A stretch of DNA of 64,000 nt from an uncultured Planctomycetales bacterium (GTDB lineage: Bacteria > Omnitrophota > Gorgyraeia > Zapsychrales > Aceulaceae). The position numbers and the translations under genes were made by a program. This document shows, one piece after another, positions 14,916 to 26,695 of the stretch. The stretch covers positions 176,128-240,127 of the forward strand of contig CAZYOA010000001.1 in NCBI GenBank assembly GCA_964648665.1. The letters run 5' to 3'. Below the pieces are notes generated by a model that saw nothing but the letters and a program-made list of their open reading frames with translations, did not search any database and had not been told where the DNA came from. How positions within the stretch are numbered: the stretch's first letter is position 1; every line of letters begins with the position of its first letter.

Positions 14916-16154
14916 ATGAAAAAAAGAGTTCTTATAACAGGTTTGGGTGTTTTGTCATGTATCGGCAAAGGGCGAAAAGAATTTTTTAATTCGCTAAGCT
15001 CTGGAAAGCCAGGTTGGGGCCCGATAACATTATTTGATACATCAGATTTCTTAGTGAATCAAGCTGGAGAGGTTTGGGATTTTGATCCCAAGATTTATAT
15101 GGGGCAAAAAGGGCTAAGGTCTCTTGATCGCAGTACAAAGCTTTTAGTTTCAGCGGCAAAGCTTGCTATTGAAGATAGCCAGTTTACGATTACTGAAGAA
15201 AATACTGATGATCTAGGAGTGTCTGTGGGTACAACGCTTGGAAGTGTTAAAAGTATTGGAGATTTTCAAGAAGTTACATTAAAAGAAGGTCCGCGTTATA
15301 CGAATCCATCTTTGTTTCCAAATACTGTTATTAATTCTCCCGCGAGTCAAGTTTCTATTTGGAACAACATCAAAGGTTTTAACACTACGATTTCAACTGG
15401 ATTTACTGCAAGTATTGATGCAATGAAATATGCTTATGATTTTATTCAGCTTGAGCGTTCAAAATTAGTTTATGCGGGCGGAGTTGAGGAGATGTGTTCG
15501 CAAACGTTTCTTGGGCTTCATGCTCTTAAATTTCTTTCTGGATCGATCGAGGGCGATGAATTCATTAATTGCCCATTTGACAAGAGGCGCAATGGTATTG
15601 TCTTTTCTGAAGGGGCTTGCTTGTTAGCTATGGAAGATTATGATCATGCTATAAAGCGAAAGGCTCCAGTTTTAGGTGAGGTTTTAGGTTTTGGAGTTGC
15701 TTTTGATCCTTATCGAATTCATAAATATAATCCAAAGGCAGAAGGTTTGCAGCGTGCAATTCGTTTTGCGCTCGAAGATGCTAATCTTAAAGAAACAGAT
15801 ATTGATTTGATTGTATCGACGGCTAATTCAACTCCATCAGCAGATCGTGTTGAGGCTTTTGCAATTAAGCAGGTTTTTGGTAAGGCGGCTAAAGATATTG
15901 CGATTACTGCCCCTAAGTCGATGTTTGGTGAATCATACAGCCTTTCTGGAGCACTTGCAGCATCTGCGGCTTTATCTGTTTTTGAGCAAGATGAAATTTT
16001 CCCAACTATCAATTATAAGAAAAAAGATCCGGAATGCGATTTGGATTATGTTGTCAATAAATCGCGCAAAGCAAAGGTTAATAACGTTCTTGTGATTATT
16101 TCAGCGCCAAGTGGAAATAATACATGTATGATTTTACGGAGATTTGAAAAGTGA
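14916..16154 (+). CDS. Beta-ketoacyl-ACP synthase II (FabF) family protein lacking the Cys-His-His catalytic triad (probable non-catalytic KS / CLF-like)
   Basis: Collinear with E. coli FabF (RVLITGLGVLS, FDKRRNG, SEGACLL). The expected Cys163 is Phe (ISTGFTAS, codon 15402-15404), the His303 equivalent is Thr (VSTANSTP) and the His340 equivalent is Glu (KSMFGES). Confidence 0.8.
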   Translation: MKKRVLITGLGVLSCIGKGRKEFFNSLSSGKPGWGPITLFDTSDFLVNQAGEVWDFDPKIYMGQKGLRSLDRSTKLLVSAAKLAIEDSQFTITEENTDDLGVSVGTTLGSVKSIGDFQEVTLKEGPRYTNPSLFPNTVINSPASQVSIWNNIKGFNTTISTGFTASIDAMKYAYDFIQLERSKLVYAGGVEEMCSQTFLGLHALKFLSGSIEGDEFINCPFDKRRNGIVFSEGACLLAMEDYDHAIKRKAPVLGEVLGFGVAFDPYRIHKYNPKAEGLQRAIRFALEDANLKETDIDLIVSTANSTPSADRVEAFAIKQVFGKAAKDIAITAPKSMFGESYSLSGALAASAALSVFEQDEIFPTINYKKKDPECDLDYVVNKSRKAKVNNVLVIISAPSGNNTCMILRRFEK

Positions 16155-16900
16155 ATTTACTAAAAGATAAAGTTGCAATCGTGACAGGTGGTTCTCGTGG
16201 AATTGGACGAGCAATTTGCTTAATGCTTGCTAAACAGGGATGTCATGTTGTTTTTAATTATGCGCAAAATAAGGATGCAGCTGCAACGCTTGAGAAAGAA
16301 ATTAAGACTCTTAAAGTTAAATGCAGAGCAGATCAGCTAGATGTTCGAGATTTTGATAAGGTAAAAGAATGGATTGAGTCTATAAAGAAAGAATTTGGCA
16401 CGTTTCATATTCTAATTAATAATGCTGGCATCATTTGTGATAAAGCTTTGATGTTAATGCATCCTGATGATTGGCAAAAAGTTATTGATACAAACTTAAC
16501 CGGTGTTTTTAATTTAACGCGATGCTGTATTACAACAATGCTTAAGCAAAAGCAAGGCTATGTTGTCAATGTATCATCTGTAAGCGGCAAGATTGGTCTT
16601 CCTCGCCAGTCAAATTATTCGGCAAGCAAGGGAGGGGTGAATGCTTTTACGAAAGCATTAGCTAAGGAAGTTGCAGCATATAATGTAAAAGTTAATAGTG
16701 TTTCACCTGGTTTTATTGAAACGGATATTTTAAGGGATTTCTCAGAAGAAGATATTGAAAAAATTAACAAAATGATTCCACTGGGAAAGATAGGAACGCC
16801 TGAAGACGTGGCGGGATGTGTTAAATTTTTATTAAGCGAAGAGGCGAAATATATTGTTGGAGAAGATATTCAGATGGATGGCGGACTTGCTATTCGATAA
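16151..16900 (+). CDS. fabG: 3-oxoacyl-ACP reductase (SDR family, FabG-like)
   Basis: GTG start overlapping the upstream stop. TGGSRGIGRA cofactor motif, NNAGI, Ser...YSASK catalytic residues. Confidence 0.85.
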   Translation: MNLLKDKVAIVTGGSRGIGRAICLMLAKQGCHVVFNYAQNKDAAATLEKEIKTLKVKCRADQLDVRDFDKVKEWIESIKKEFGTFHILINNAGIICDKALMLMHPDDWQKVIDTNLTGVFNLTRCCITTMLKQKQGYVVNVSSVSGKIGLPRQSNYSASKGGVNAFTKALAKEVAAYNVKVNSVSPGFIETDILRDFSEEDIEKINKMIPLGKIGTPEDVAGCVKFLLSEEAKYIVGEDIQMDGGLAIR

Positions 16901-16912
16901 AAGGAGATTTTT

Positions 16913-17347
16913 ATGCAATTAAATATTCAAGAGATTAAGAAAGTTATTCCACATCGTTTTCCGTTTTTACTTATTGATCGAGTTATTGATCTTCAGCCAA
17001 ATGAGAAGCTTGTTGCGATTAAGAATGTTACGGCTAACGAGCAATTCTTTGAAGGACATTTTCCAAATGAGAAAGTTATGCCTGGAGTTCTTATTTTAGA
17101 GGCAATGGCTCAGGCTGGATGTGTTTATTTTTACTATAGCCGAAATCTTCAAGGAAAAAATCTTTATTATTATCTTGGTAAAGCTACAGTTAAATATATG
17201 GCTCCTGTTGTTCCAGGGGATCAACTTCGTTTAGAGGTAACAACGATAAAATTCTTAAAAAATACAGGAATTCTAAAGAATCAAGCTTTTGTTGGAGATA
17301 AGCTTGTTGCTGAAGCCGATATTGTTTTCTCTACGAAAGAGATTTAA
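16913..17347 (+). CDS. fabZ: 3-hydroxyacyl-ACP dehydratase FabZ
   Basis: IPHRFPFLLIDRV, FFEGHFP...VMPGVLILEAMAQ (catalytic His and Glu present). Confidence 0.9.
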   Translation: MQLNIQEIKKVIPHRFPFLLIDRVIDLQPNEKLVAIKNVTANEQFFEGHFPNEKVMPGVLILEAMAQAGCVYFYYSRNLQGKNLYYYLGKATVKYMAPVVPGDQLRLEVTTIKFLKNTGILKNQAFVGDKLVAEADIVFSTKEI

Positions 17348-17368
17348 TCTTTTAAGAGGTAAAGTGTA

Positions 17369-17788
17369 ATGGGGCAAAAAAGAGCTAGTAATGGTGTTTT
17401 TATTTTTGGAATACTAATTGCGCTATTTGGTATAAATCTTTTTGGCAATTTCTTAATGAAAATGCTTAAACAGCCAGATTTTTTAAGTAGCCCAGTGTTT
17501 GTACAGGCAGGAATTTCTTTCGTCGTTGTTTTCATTGGATGTTTTTTCCTTGTTTGCGGATGGGGGATTTGTACTCTTAAAGAATGGGCTCGCAAGATTG
17601 TTGTTGGTTTTTTTGTTCTTCAGGGAGTTGCAGCCATTATTCTGAGCTTGCAAACAGGAAAAGCTCACAAGCTTTTTATAAATACTCCAGCTTTATTTAT
17701 GTACCTTTTTTTCTTTCTTATATTTATAGGAGGTCCAATTTTCTTTTTGACGCGACCGAGCATAAAAGAGCAGTTTCCTGCATCATAG
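17369..17788 (+). CDS. Hypothetical small integral membrane protein (4 predicted TM helices)
   Basis: 139-aa ORF with 4 hydrophobic stretches and no recognisable motif. Confidence 0.45.
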   Translation: MGQKRASNGVFIFGILIALFGINLFGNFLMKMLKQPDFLSSPVFVQAGISFVVVFIGCFFLVCGWGICTLKEWARKIVVGFFVLQGVAAIILSLQTGKAHKLFINTPALFMYLFFFLIFIGGPIFFLTRPSIKEQFPAS

Positions 17789-17921
17789 AACATTCCTTTC
17801 ATAAGTATTTCTCAAAAACAAAGCTTTCTTTCAAATTCCTTATTTGACTCATCTTTATTTCGGTGATAAACTATTGCCCAATATCGTTATTGTTAACTTC
17901 TTTAGTATAGAATGAAGAAAA

Positions 17922-17996
17922 TGGGAAGTAGCGCAGCCTGGTTAGCGTGTGACGTTCGGGGCGTTAAGGTCGTGAGCTCAAGTTTCATCTTCCCTG
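17922..17996 (+). tRNA. tRNA-Pro (anticodon CGG), atypical (T1:T72 mismatch, degenerate T-arm)
   Basis: Manual cloverleaf: acceptor TGGGAAG/CTTCCCT, D-arm GCGC-AGCCTGGTTA-GCGT, anticodon arm TGACG-TTCGGGG-CGTTA (CGG, G37), T-arm GTGAG-CTCAAGT-TTCAT. No encoded CCA. Confidence 0.6.
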
Positions 17997-18003
17997 TAAA
18001 GTT

Positions 18004-18279
18004 ATGACACAAGCACATATTTTTTATTCTGGAATGGTTCAGGGCGTTGGATTTCGCTACACCGCACAACAAATTGCATTAAACTTAAGTTTAATGGGTT
18101 GGGTTAGAAATCTTTCAGATGGACGAGTTGAATTATTAGTTGAAGGGCCTAAGGAGACGATTGAGCAATTTCTTGTCGAGGTTGATGAACGCTTTTCTCA
18201 GTATATTAAGAAGCGACAAGTTAACTATTATTCAGCTATAGGAAAATTCTTAACGTTTTCTGTCGCGCCAACATCTTAA
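18004..18279 (+). CDS. acyP: Acylphosphatase
   Basis: 91 aa; [16 protein letters not shown]...[17 protein letters not shown]. Confidence 0.85.
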   Translation: MTQAHIFYSGMVQGVGFRYTAQQIALNLSLMGWVRNLSDGRVELLVEGPKETIEQFLVEVDERFSQYIKKRQVNYYSAIGKFLTFSVAPTS

Positions 18280-18294
18280 AATAAGAGGTGTTTT

Positions 18295-19020
18295 ATGCGT
18301 TATGCTATTTTCTCAGATATTCACAGTAATTTAGAAGCTTTAAATGCGGTTTTAAAAGATCTTCAAGATCAGAATATTGATGCGTATTTTTGTTGTGGTG
18401 ATATTGTTGGTTATGGTGCAGATCCATCTCGATGCATTAATCGCATTAGAGAAATTGGCGCGATAAGCGTTGCGGGAAATCATGATTGGGCTGTTTGTGG
18501 TAAGTCTCAGCATATGAGGTTAAATGCTTTAGCTCGAGAATCGATTCTTTGGACGGCAAGTGTGATTTCGAAAGAAGAAAGAGATTTTTTGTTAGGCCTA
18601 GAATTAGTATTTAGAAATAACGATTTCGTTTTAGTTCATGGTACATTACATGCACCTGAAGCGTTTCATTATTTACTTAGCTTTTTTCATGTGCAGCGAA
18701 CATTGTCTTTGCTTGACGAACCTGTTTGTTTTATTGGTCATTCGCACATCCAAGAAATTTTTGTTCAGAAGGAAAATAAAATTGATCATTTGAAAACTTA
18801 TTCTTTTCACCTTGAGCCAGATTGCAAGTATTTGGTTAATGTGGGAAGCGTTGGTCAGCCTCGTGATCGGGATCCGAATGCTGCATATTGTGTTTATGAC
18901 ACAGAGACCAAAATGATTGATCTTAAGCGCGTATCGTACGATATTAAGAAAACACAAAATAAAATTATGGCTGTAAATCTTCCGAAGGCTTTAGCCTCGA
19001 GGCTTTTGTTGGGAATATAA
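18295..19020 (+). CDS. Metallophosphoesterase (calcineurin-like, YfcE/MJ0936-type)
   Basis: SDIHSN, GDIVGYG, GNHD, GHSH, GSVGQPRD. Confidence 0.8.
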   Translation: MRYAIFSDIHSNLEALNAVLKDLQDQNIDAYFCCGDIVGYGADPSRCINRIREIGAISVAGNHDWAVCGKSQHMRLNALARESILWTASVISKEERDFLLGLELVFRNNDFVLVHGTLHAPEAFHYLLSFFHVQRTLSLLDEPVCFIGHSHIQEIFVQKENKIDHLKTYSFHLEPDCKYLVNVGSVGQPRDRDPNAAYCVYDTETKMIDLKRVSYDIKKTQNKIMAVNLPKALASRLLLGI

Positions 19021-21550
<2,530 letters not shown>

Positions 21551-21553
21551 ATC

Positions 21554-22441
21554 ATGAAAGATTTCTTAGAGGAATTTCTTAATCATTTGTTTGTTGAGCG
21601 GGGATTGGCTAAAAATACAATTATGGCCTACCAGAAAGATCTTATGCAGTATATTAAGTATTTCTCTCGTAGAAGCATTAAAGATCCCGATGTAATCAAG
21701 CGTAGCAATATTACTGAGTACATGCAAAGTCAGAAGACTAGAGGGTTATCTGCAGGTTCAATTTGCCGAAGCCTGGCCGCGATTCGCATGTTTCATCGAT
21801 TCTTGGCGCGCGAAAGACTAGCCAAAGAAGACCCTACGCATTTACTTGAAACACCGAAAACGTGGAAACGGATTCCAGATGTTTTGACCTTGAGTGAAAT
21901 CGAACAAATTATCAAAGTCTCACAAGGTCGAAAGTGGCAGCAAGTTAGAGATAACGCGATATTGGAGCTTTTGTATGCAAGTGGTATGCGCGTTTCTGAG
22001 CTAGTTGATTTAAATGTCGAGAATATAAATACAGAGATTGGATATGTGCGTTGTATTGGAAAAGGCCAGAAGGAACGCATTATTCCTGTTGGACGCAAGG
22101 CAAAGGATGCGGTTATTAAATATCTGGAGAAAGTTCGAGCAAAATTACTTAAGAAGGATTTTAGTTCATCTTTATTCTTGAGCCGTCTTGGAAGAAAGAT
22201 TAGTCGCCAGAGTATTTGGAAAATTATTAAACGTCATGCTCGTCTTGCAAAAATAAAAAAAGAAATTAAACCTCACACGCTGCGCCATTCATTTGCAACA
22301 CATCTTTTGGAGCATGGTGCGGACTTGAGATCGGTTCAGGAAATGCTCGGACATTCTGATATATCAACGACTCAAATTTATACACATGTTGATCGTGAAA
22401 GATTAAAATCAATTCATAAGCAATTTCATCCAAGGCCTTAA
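21554..22441 (+). CDS. xerD: Site-specific tyrosine recombinase XerD/XerC family
   Basis: N-terminal SAM-like FLNHLFVERGLAKNTIMAYQKDL. Catalytic region HTLRHSFATHLLEHGADLRSVQEMLGHSDISTTQIYTHV. Confidence 0.8.
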   Translation: MKDFLEEFLNHLFVERGLAKNTIMAYQKDLMQYIKYFSRRSIKDPDVIKRSNITEYMQSQKTRGLSAGSICRSLAAIRMFHRFLARERLAKEDPTHLLETPKTWKRIPDVLTLSEIEQIIKVSQGRKWQQVRDNAILELLYASGMRVSELVDLNVENINTEIGYVRCIGKGQKERIIPVGRKAKDAVIKYLEKVRAKLLKKDFSSSLFLSRLGRKISRQSIWKIIKRHARLAKIKKEIKPHTLRHSFATHLLEHGADLRSVQEMLGHSDISTTQIYTHVDRERLKSIHKQFHPRP

Positions 22442-22442
22442 A

Positions 22443-23579
22443 GTGTCAAATGTTTCGTTAAAGAATTTACCAAATAATATTGTAGATCTTATTAAGTATG
22501 TTGGACAACATGCGGATCATGAAAATGCTTCTGCGTATCTTGTTGGAGGAGTTGTTCGAGATTTGTTGCTTAAGAAAGAAAATTTTGATCTTGATATTGT
22601 CATTGAGATTAATGCGATTGATTTTGCTGAAACCTTTTCTAAAGTGAATGGATTTTTATTTGTAAAACATCCTAAATTTATGACAGCAACTGTTAATATT
22701 GATAAGAATATACATATTGATTTTGTAACGGCTCGCAAGGAAAGCTATACAAAGCCAGGAGCTCTTCCCGATGTTGTCCCGTCAACAATTGAAGATGATC
22801 TTTTTCGAAGAGATTTTACAATTAATGCGATGGCACTCGTAATTAATGATTCAAACTTTGGAAAGATTGTTGATTTTTATCAGGGGCAGAAAGATTTAGA
22901 AGATAAAATTATTCGCGTGTTTCATGAGCAGAGTTTTGTCGATGATCCAACGCGAATTCTTAGAGCTATTCGCTTTGAGCAGCGTTTTGATTTTAAGATG
23001 GATGACAATACAGAAAAGGCAATGGAAATTGCGCTAAGCGAACCTGTCATCATGTCAGTTACGCCTATTAGATATTTCGAGGAGTTTAAGAAAATTTGTG
23101 TTGAACCAAGAGCGGCTAGTTGTTTTAGGCGACTAGCTGATATTGGCATGCTTAAGAATATTTTTGATAATTTTGCTTTTGATGATAAATGTTTTGAATT
23201 ATTTGATTCGATTGAAAGTTTCTTGGTAGGCTCTAATTTTAAGAATTTTTCATTTAAGTCTTGGATTATTTATATGATGGCAATCTTAGATTGTTTTTCT
23301 TTGGAAGAAGCAAAGAAAATGCTTGTCCGATTTTCGATTGAAAAGAAAGATCAGCAAAAAATTATTTTTTTAAAGAAAAATTCTAATTTGAGTAAACAGC
23401 TTTTGATTGAACAGATAAATTTGGATGAGGTTTTTGATGGTTTTAAAACTTTGAGTGTTGAGGAGATGATCTTTTTTTATTGTAAGAATAAGAAAATCTT
23501 AGTTCAACAATGTATTGATGAGGATTTAAAGGAAATTATTTCCAAAGGAGTATTTAATGGAGCGAATGGATCGAGTTAA
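22443..23579 (+). CDS. CCA-adding enzyme / poly(A) polymerase family tRNA nucleotidyltransferase
   Basis: GTG start; head-domain motif YLVGGVVRDLLL..ENFDLDIV, RRDFTINAMA, DPTRILRAIRF. Confidence 0.75.
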   Translation: MSNVSLKNLPNNIVDLIKYVGQHADHENASAYLVGGVVRDLLLKKENFDLDIVIEINAIDFAETFSKVNGFLFVKHPKFMTATVNIDKNIHIDFVTARKESYTKPGALPDVVPSTIEDDLFRRDFTINAMALVINDSNFGKIVDFYQGQKDLEDKIIRVFHEQSFVDDPTRILRAIRFEQRFDFKMDDNTEKAMEIALSEPVIMSVTPIRYFEEFKKICVEPRAASCFRRLADIGMLKNIFDNFAFDDKCFELFDSIESFLVGSNFKNFSFKSWIIYMMAILDCFSLEEAKKMLVRFSIEKKDQQKIIFLKKNSNLSKQLLIEQINLDEVFDGFKTLSVEEMIFFYCKNKKILVQQCIDEDLKEIISKGVFNGANGSS

Positions 23580-23898
23580 TCAAATGATAAAGCGTGAAGT
23601 TTGTAATATTATTCAGCGAGAGCTAGAAGATCCACGCTTGCATCTTGTTTCAATTAGCAGGATTGAAGTAAGCAAGGATTTGCAGCATTCTAAGGTTTAT
23701 TTTAGTGTTTTAGGGGAAGAAGAAAGAGTAGAGGGTGCGCAAAATGCTCTCAATAGTGCACGTAGTCTTATTCGAAAACGTGTCGCCCAAAGAGTGCGTC
23801 TTAAATTTATTCCAGACTTTAGTTTTTATCACGATAAATCTTTGGAATTTAATATTGAACTTGAGCAGCAATTAGAAAGGTTGAATGATGAACACTAA
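23557..23898 (+). CDS. rbfA: Ribosome-binding factor A
   Basis: RVNQMIKREV..IIQRELEDPRL.LVSISRIEVSKDLQHSKVYFSV. Confidence 0.85.
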   Translation: MERMDRVNQMIKREVCNIIQRELEDPRLHLVSISRIEVSKDLQHSKVYFSVLGEEERVEGAQNALNSARSLIRKRVAQRVRLKFIPDFSFYHDKSLEFNIELEQQLERLNDEH

Positions 23899-24844
23899 GA
23901 AAATTCTTAATGCTATTAAAAAGGCAAACCATATTTTAATTAGTACGCATATCAATCCAGACTTAGATGGCTTGTCTTGTGAGCTTGTTATGACAAAATA
24001 TTTAAAATCTCTAGGAAAGAAAGTCTTGATTGCTAATGCAGAAAAAGTGCCTGCAATGTATGAATTTTTAAAGGGTGCAAAGCAAATTAAAAAGATAAGC
24101 AAAACAGCGAAACAATGCGATCTTGCTATTATTTTTGATTGCGGTGATTTAAACCGAATAGGAGAGGTTAAGAATTTCTTGCCAGAGGGCATTAAAATTA
24201 TTAATATTGATCATCATCAAACAAATAAAGAATTTGGCACGTATAATCTTGTTCTTCCAAAGGCATCTTCTAGTGCAGAAGTTTTATTTAGTTTTTTAAA
24301 TAAACAAAAGTTTAAGCTTACAAAAGAAACTTCAGAGCTTTTGTATTTGGGTATTTTAACGGATACTGGATCATTTCGTTATCAGAGTACTAGTAGCTAT
24401 ACTCATGAGATTGCTGCTCAGCTTTTAAAATTTAATCTTCCAACATCTGATTTATATAAAAAAGTCTATGAAAACTTGAATTTTTCTGACTTAAAAGTTT
24501 TATTGGACGTTCTTAAAGATTTTACATCGATAGAAAATGGAAGAATTCTTTGTGTTGATTTAAAGAAGGAAGTCTTATTAAAGTCAGAAGGGAAGTTTGA
24601 TCTTAGGGATAAGATTTTTTCTTTTTTGAGAATGGTTAATGATTGTGAAGTTATTCTCATTTTCTCAGAAGATTCAAAGAATTTGACAAAGGTCAACCTT
24701 AGATCATCTGGAAAAATCAATGTCGCTTCTTTGGCATCTCAATATGGGGGTGGTGGACATAAGGCCGCTAGTGGATGTCGATATAAAGGAAATTTAGAGA
24801 ACGCAAAGAAAAGCGTTATTTCATCTTTAAGAAGGCAATTTTAA
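23885..24844 (+). CDS. nrnA: DHH-family bifunctional oligoribonuclease / pAp phosphatase NrnA
   Basis: H.NPDLDG, FDCGD, NIDHHQTN (DHH), DHHA1 GGGGHKAASG. Confidence 0.8.
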   Translation: MMNTKKILNAIKKANHILISTHINPDLDGLSCELVMTKYLKSLGKKVLIANAEKVPAMYEFLKGAKQIKKISKTAKQCDLAIIFDCGDLNRIGEVKNFLPEGIKIINIDHHQTNKEFGTYNLVLPKASSSAEVLFSFLNKQKFKLTKETSELLYLGILTDTGSFRYQSTSSYTHEIAAQLLKFNLPTSDLYKKVYENLNFSDLKVLLDVLKDFTSIENGRILCVDLKKEVLLKSEGKFDLRDKIFSFLRMVNDCEVILIFSEDSKNLTKVNLRSSGKINVASLASQYGGGGHKAASGCRYKGNLENAKKSVISSLRRQF

Positions 24845-24848
24845 GCTA

Positions 24849-25550
24849 ATGCAAGAACAGAAAAATTCTATAAACGGTATTTTAGTTGTTGATAAGCCAT
24901 CTGGCATGACATCGCACGATGTTGTTGATGTTGTAAGAAAGAAACTGAAGATGAAACGTGTTGGTCATGCTGGAACACTTGATCCTTTGGCAACCGGAGT
25001 TTTGGTTATGCTTATTGGTAAAGCAACAAAACGTTTTATTGAATTTTCGTCATGCGATAAAGAGTATCTTGCGACAATCACACTGGGAAAAACAACTGAT
25101 ACAGCAGATATCGAAGGAAAAATTCTTGAGCAAAAGTCTTTTGAGCATATTAGCGAATCTATGGTTAAGGACGCTTTAAAAAACTTTTCTGGAGAAATTC
25201 AGCAAATTCCTCCGATGGTTTCTGCGCTTAAGCATAAAGGTAAGCGTTTATATGAGTTGGCTAGAGAGGGAATAAAAGTTGAGATTAAGCCGAGAACGGT
25301 TTATATTTCTTCGATTGAGCTTGTTAAGTTTTCTTTGCCTCATGCTCAGGTTTTAATTAATTGTTCTAAGGGGACATATGTTCGAAAGATTGCTGAGGAT
25401 GTTGGCTCGCTTTTAGGGTGTGGGGGATGTATTACTCAAATCCGTAGAACTAAATCTGGTTCTTTTGATGTTAGTCAGGCAAAAGATCTAAACAGCATTT
25501 CTGCTGAGGATGTTGATCAAAGCATAAAAGATGAGAAATCTAATTTATAA
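24849..25550 (+). CDS. truB: tRNA pseudouridine(55) synthase
   Basis: GILVVDKPSGMTSHDVV, KRVGHAGTLDPLATGVL (catalytic Asp). Confidence 0.9.
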   Translation: MQEQKNSINGILVVDKPSGMTSHDVVDVVRKKLKMKRVGHAGTLDPLATGVLVMLIGKATKRFIEFSSCDKEYLATITLGKTTDTADIEGKILEQKSFEHISESMVKDALKNFSGEIQQIPPMVSALKHKGKRLYELAREGIKVEIKPRTVYISSIELVKFSLPHAQVLINCSKGTYVRKIAEDVGSLLGCGGCITQIRRTKSGSFDVSQAKDLNSISAEDVDQSIKDEKSNL

Positions 25551-25553
25551 ATT

Positions 25554-26474
25554 ATGAAAATAGTAAAAGATTTATCAAAATTTAAAATAAGGAATTCAGT
25601 TGCTGCTATTGGTGTTTTTGATGGAGTTCACTGTGGACATCAAGATCTCATCAAGAGGATGATACGCAGAGCAAAGAAGTTGAATCGTAAGCCGGTTGTC
25701 ATAACTTTTTTTCCTCATCCTGTTCAGGTTTTGAATAAAGACGTTGATGTTTCGCTCTTGGTTTCTCTAGATCATCGTTTTCAGCTTATTGAAAAGCTAG
25801 GCGTTGAAACATGTGTTGTCATTCGTTTTACAAAAAAGTTTTCTTTGCTGACTCCAGAAACTTTTGTTAAGAAGTATTTAATTGATTCTTTAAGAGTATC
25901 CGAGGTTTTTATTGGTGATGATTTTCATTTTGGAAAAAAGGGTGCTGGAAATGGATGCATCCTTAAGAAAATAGCAAAAACATTTGGTGTTAAGGTTAAT
26001 ATTGTTCGATCTGTAACACATGGAAATAAACGAATTAGTAGTTCGCTTCTTAGGAAATTAATTGCTCAAGGAAAGTTAGAGCATGCCAAAAAACTTCTTG
26101 GACGAACAGTCTCAATTCTTGGAAAAGTGATTTATGGTGATCGCATAGGAAAACATATTGGAACTCCAACAGCTAACATTAATCCAGGAAGAGAGATTTT
26201 GCCTCCAACAGGAGTTTATATTTCGCGCGTTTATTTAAGAAATAAATCTTTTGGTGCTATTGCAAATGTTGGTTTTAGACCATCGTTTAAAGAGAATAAT
26301 GCAATTAATCTTGAGGCTCATTTGTTTGATTTTAATAAAAATATTTATGGTCAAGAAATTGAAGTTTTGTTTTTAAAGAAAATTCGCAATGAAAAAAAAT
26401 TTAAAACAACAAAACTTTTGATTGATCAGGTTGAACGTGACAAGAAAAAAGCCCTCCAGTATTTCTCAAAATAA
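25554..26474 (+). CDS. ribF: Bifunctional riboflavin kinase / FMN adenylyltransferase
   Basis: N-terminal GVFDGVHCGHQ, ISSS.LR; C-terminal kinase GTPTANI, LEAHLFDF. Confidence 0.9.
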   Translation: MKIVKDLSKFKIRNSVAAIGVFDGVHCGHQDLIKRMIRRAKKLNRKPVVITFFPHPVQVLNKDVDVSLLVSLDHRFQLIEKLGVETCVVIRFTKKFSLLTPETFVKKYLIDSLRVSEVFIGDDFHFGKKGAGNGCILKKIAKTFGVKVNIVRSVTHGNKRISSSLLRKLIAQGKLEHAKKLLGRTVSILGKVIYGDRIGKHIGTPTANINPGREILPPTGVYISRVYLRNKSFGAIANVGFRPSFKENNAINLEAHLFDFNKNIYGQEIEVLFLKKIRNEKKFKTTKLLIDQVERDKKKALQYFSK

Positions 26475-26629
26475 TAATCATTAAAACTTTACTCCACCTT
26501 TTTAAATTTTACGAAAAGTGTACATTTTTTCATAACTCTATTTCTTTGTCCAAAATGACACAATATCTGGGATAGAAATTGTAATTTTACACAACTTGTT
26601 GTAGGGCATAAAAATATGAGAATTAGATA

Positions 26630-26658
26630 TTGACATGCCTAAATATGTTCTATATACT
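26630..26658 (+). promoter_or_regulatory. Near-consensus sigma70 promoter of the dcw cluster (TTGACA - 17 nt - TATACT)
   Basis: TTGACA at 26630-26635 and TATACT at 26653-26658, 44 nt upstream of the mraZ ATG. Confidence 0.6.
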
Positions 26659-26665
26659 CATAACT

Positions 26666-26695
26666 GTGGAATAAAGTGGAGGAAAGTGGAGGAAA
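26666..26695 (+). promoter_or_regulatory. Three tandem 10-bp direct repeats GTGGA(A/G)(T/G)AAA: candidate MraZ operator
   Basis: GTGGAATAAA (26666-75), GTGGAGGAAA (26676-85), GTGGAGGAAA (26686-95), lying between the -10 and the mraZ start. The last repeat doubles as the SD. Confidence 0.6.

Noticed and set aside
21554-22441. Tyrosine recombinase as a marker of an integrated mobile element
   Set aside because: The sequence has the XerC/D-type N-terminus and catalytic region and sits among housekeeping genes (ligA, cca). No flanking direct repeats, tRNA target or phage/IS genes are visible.
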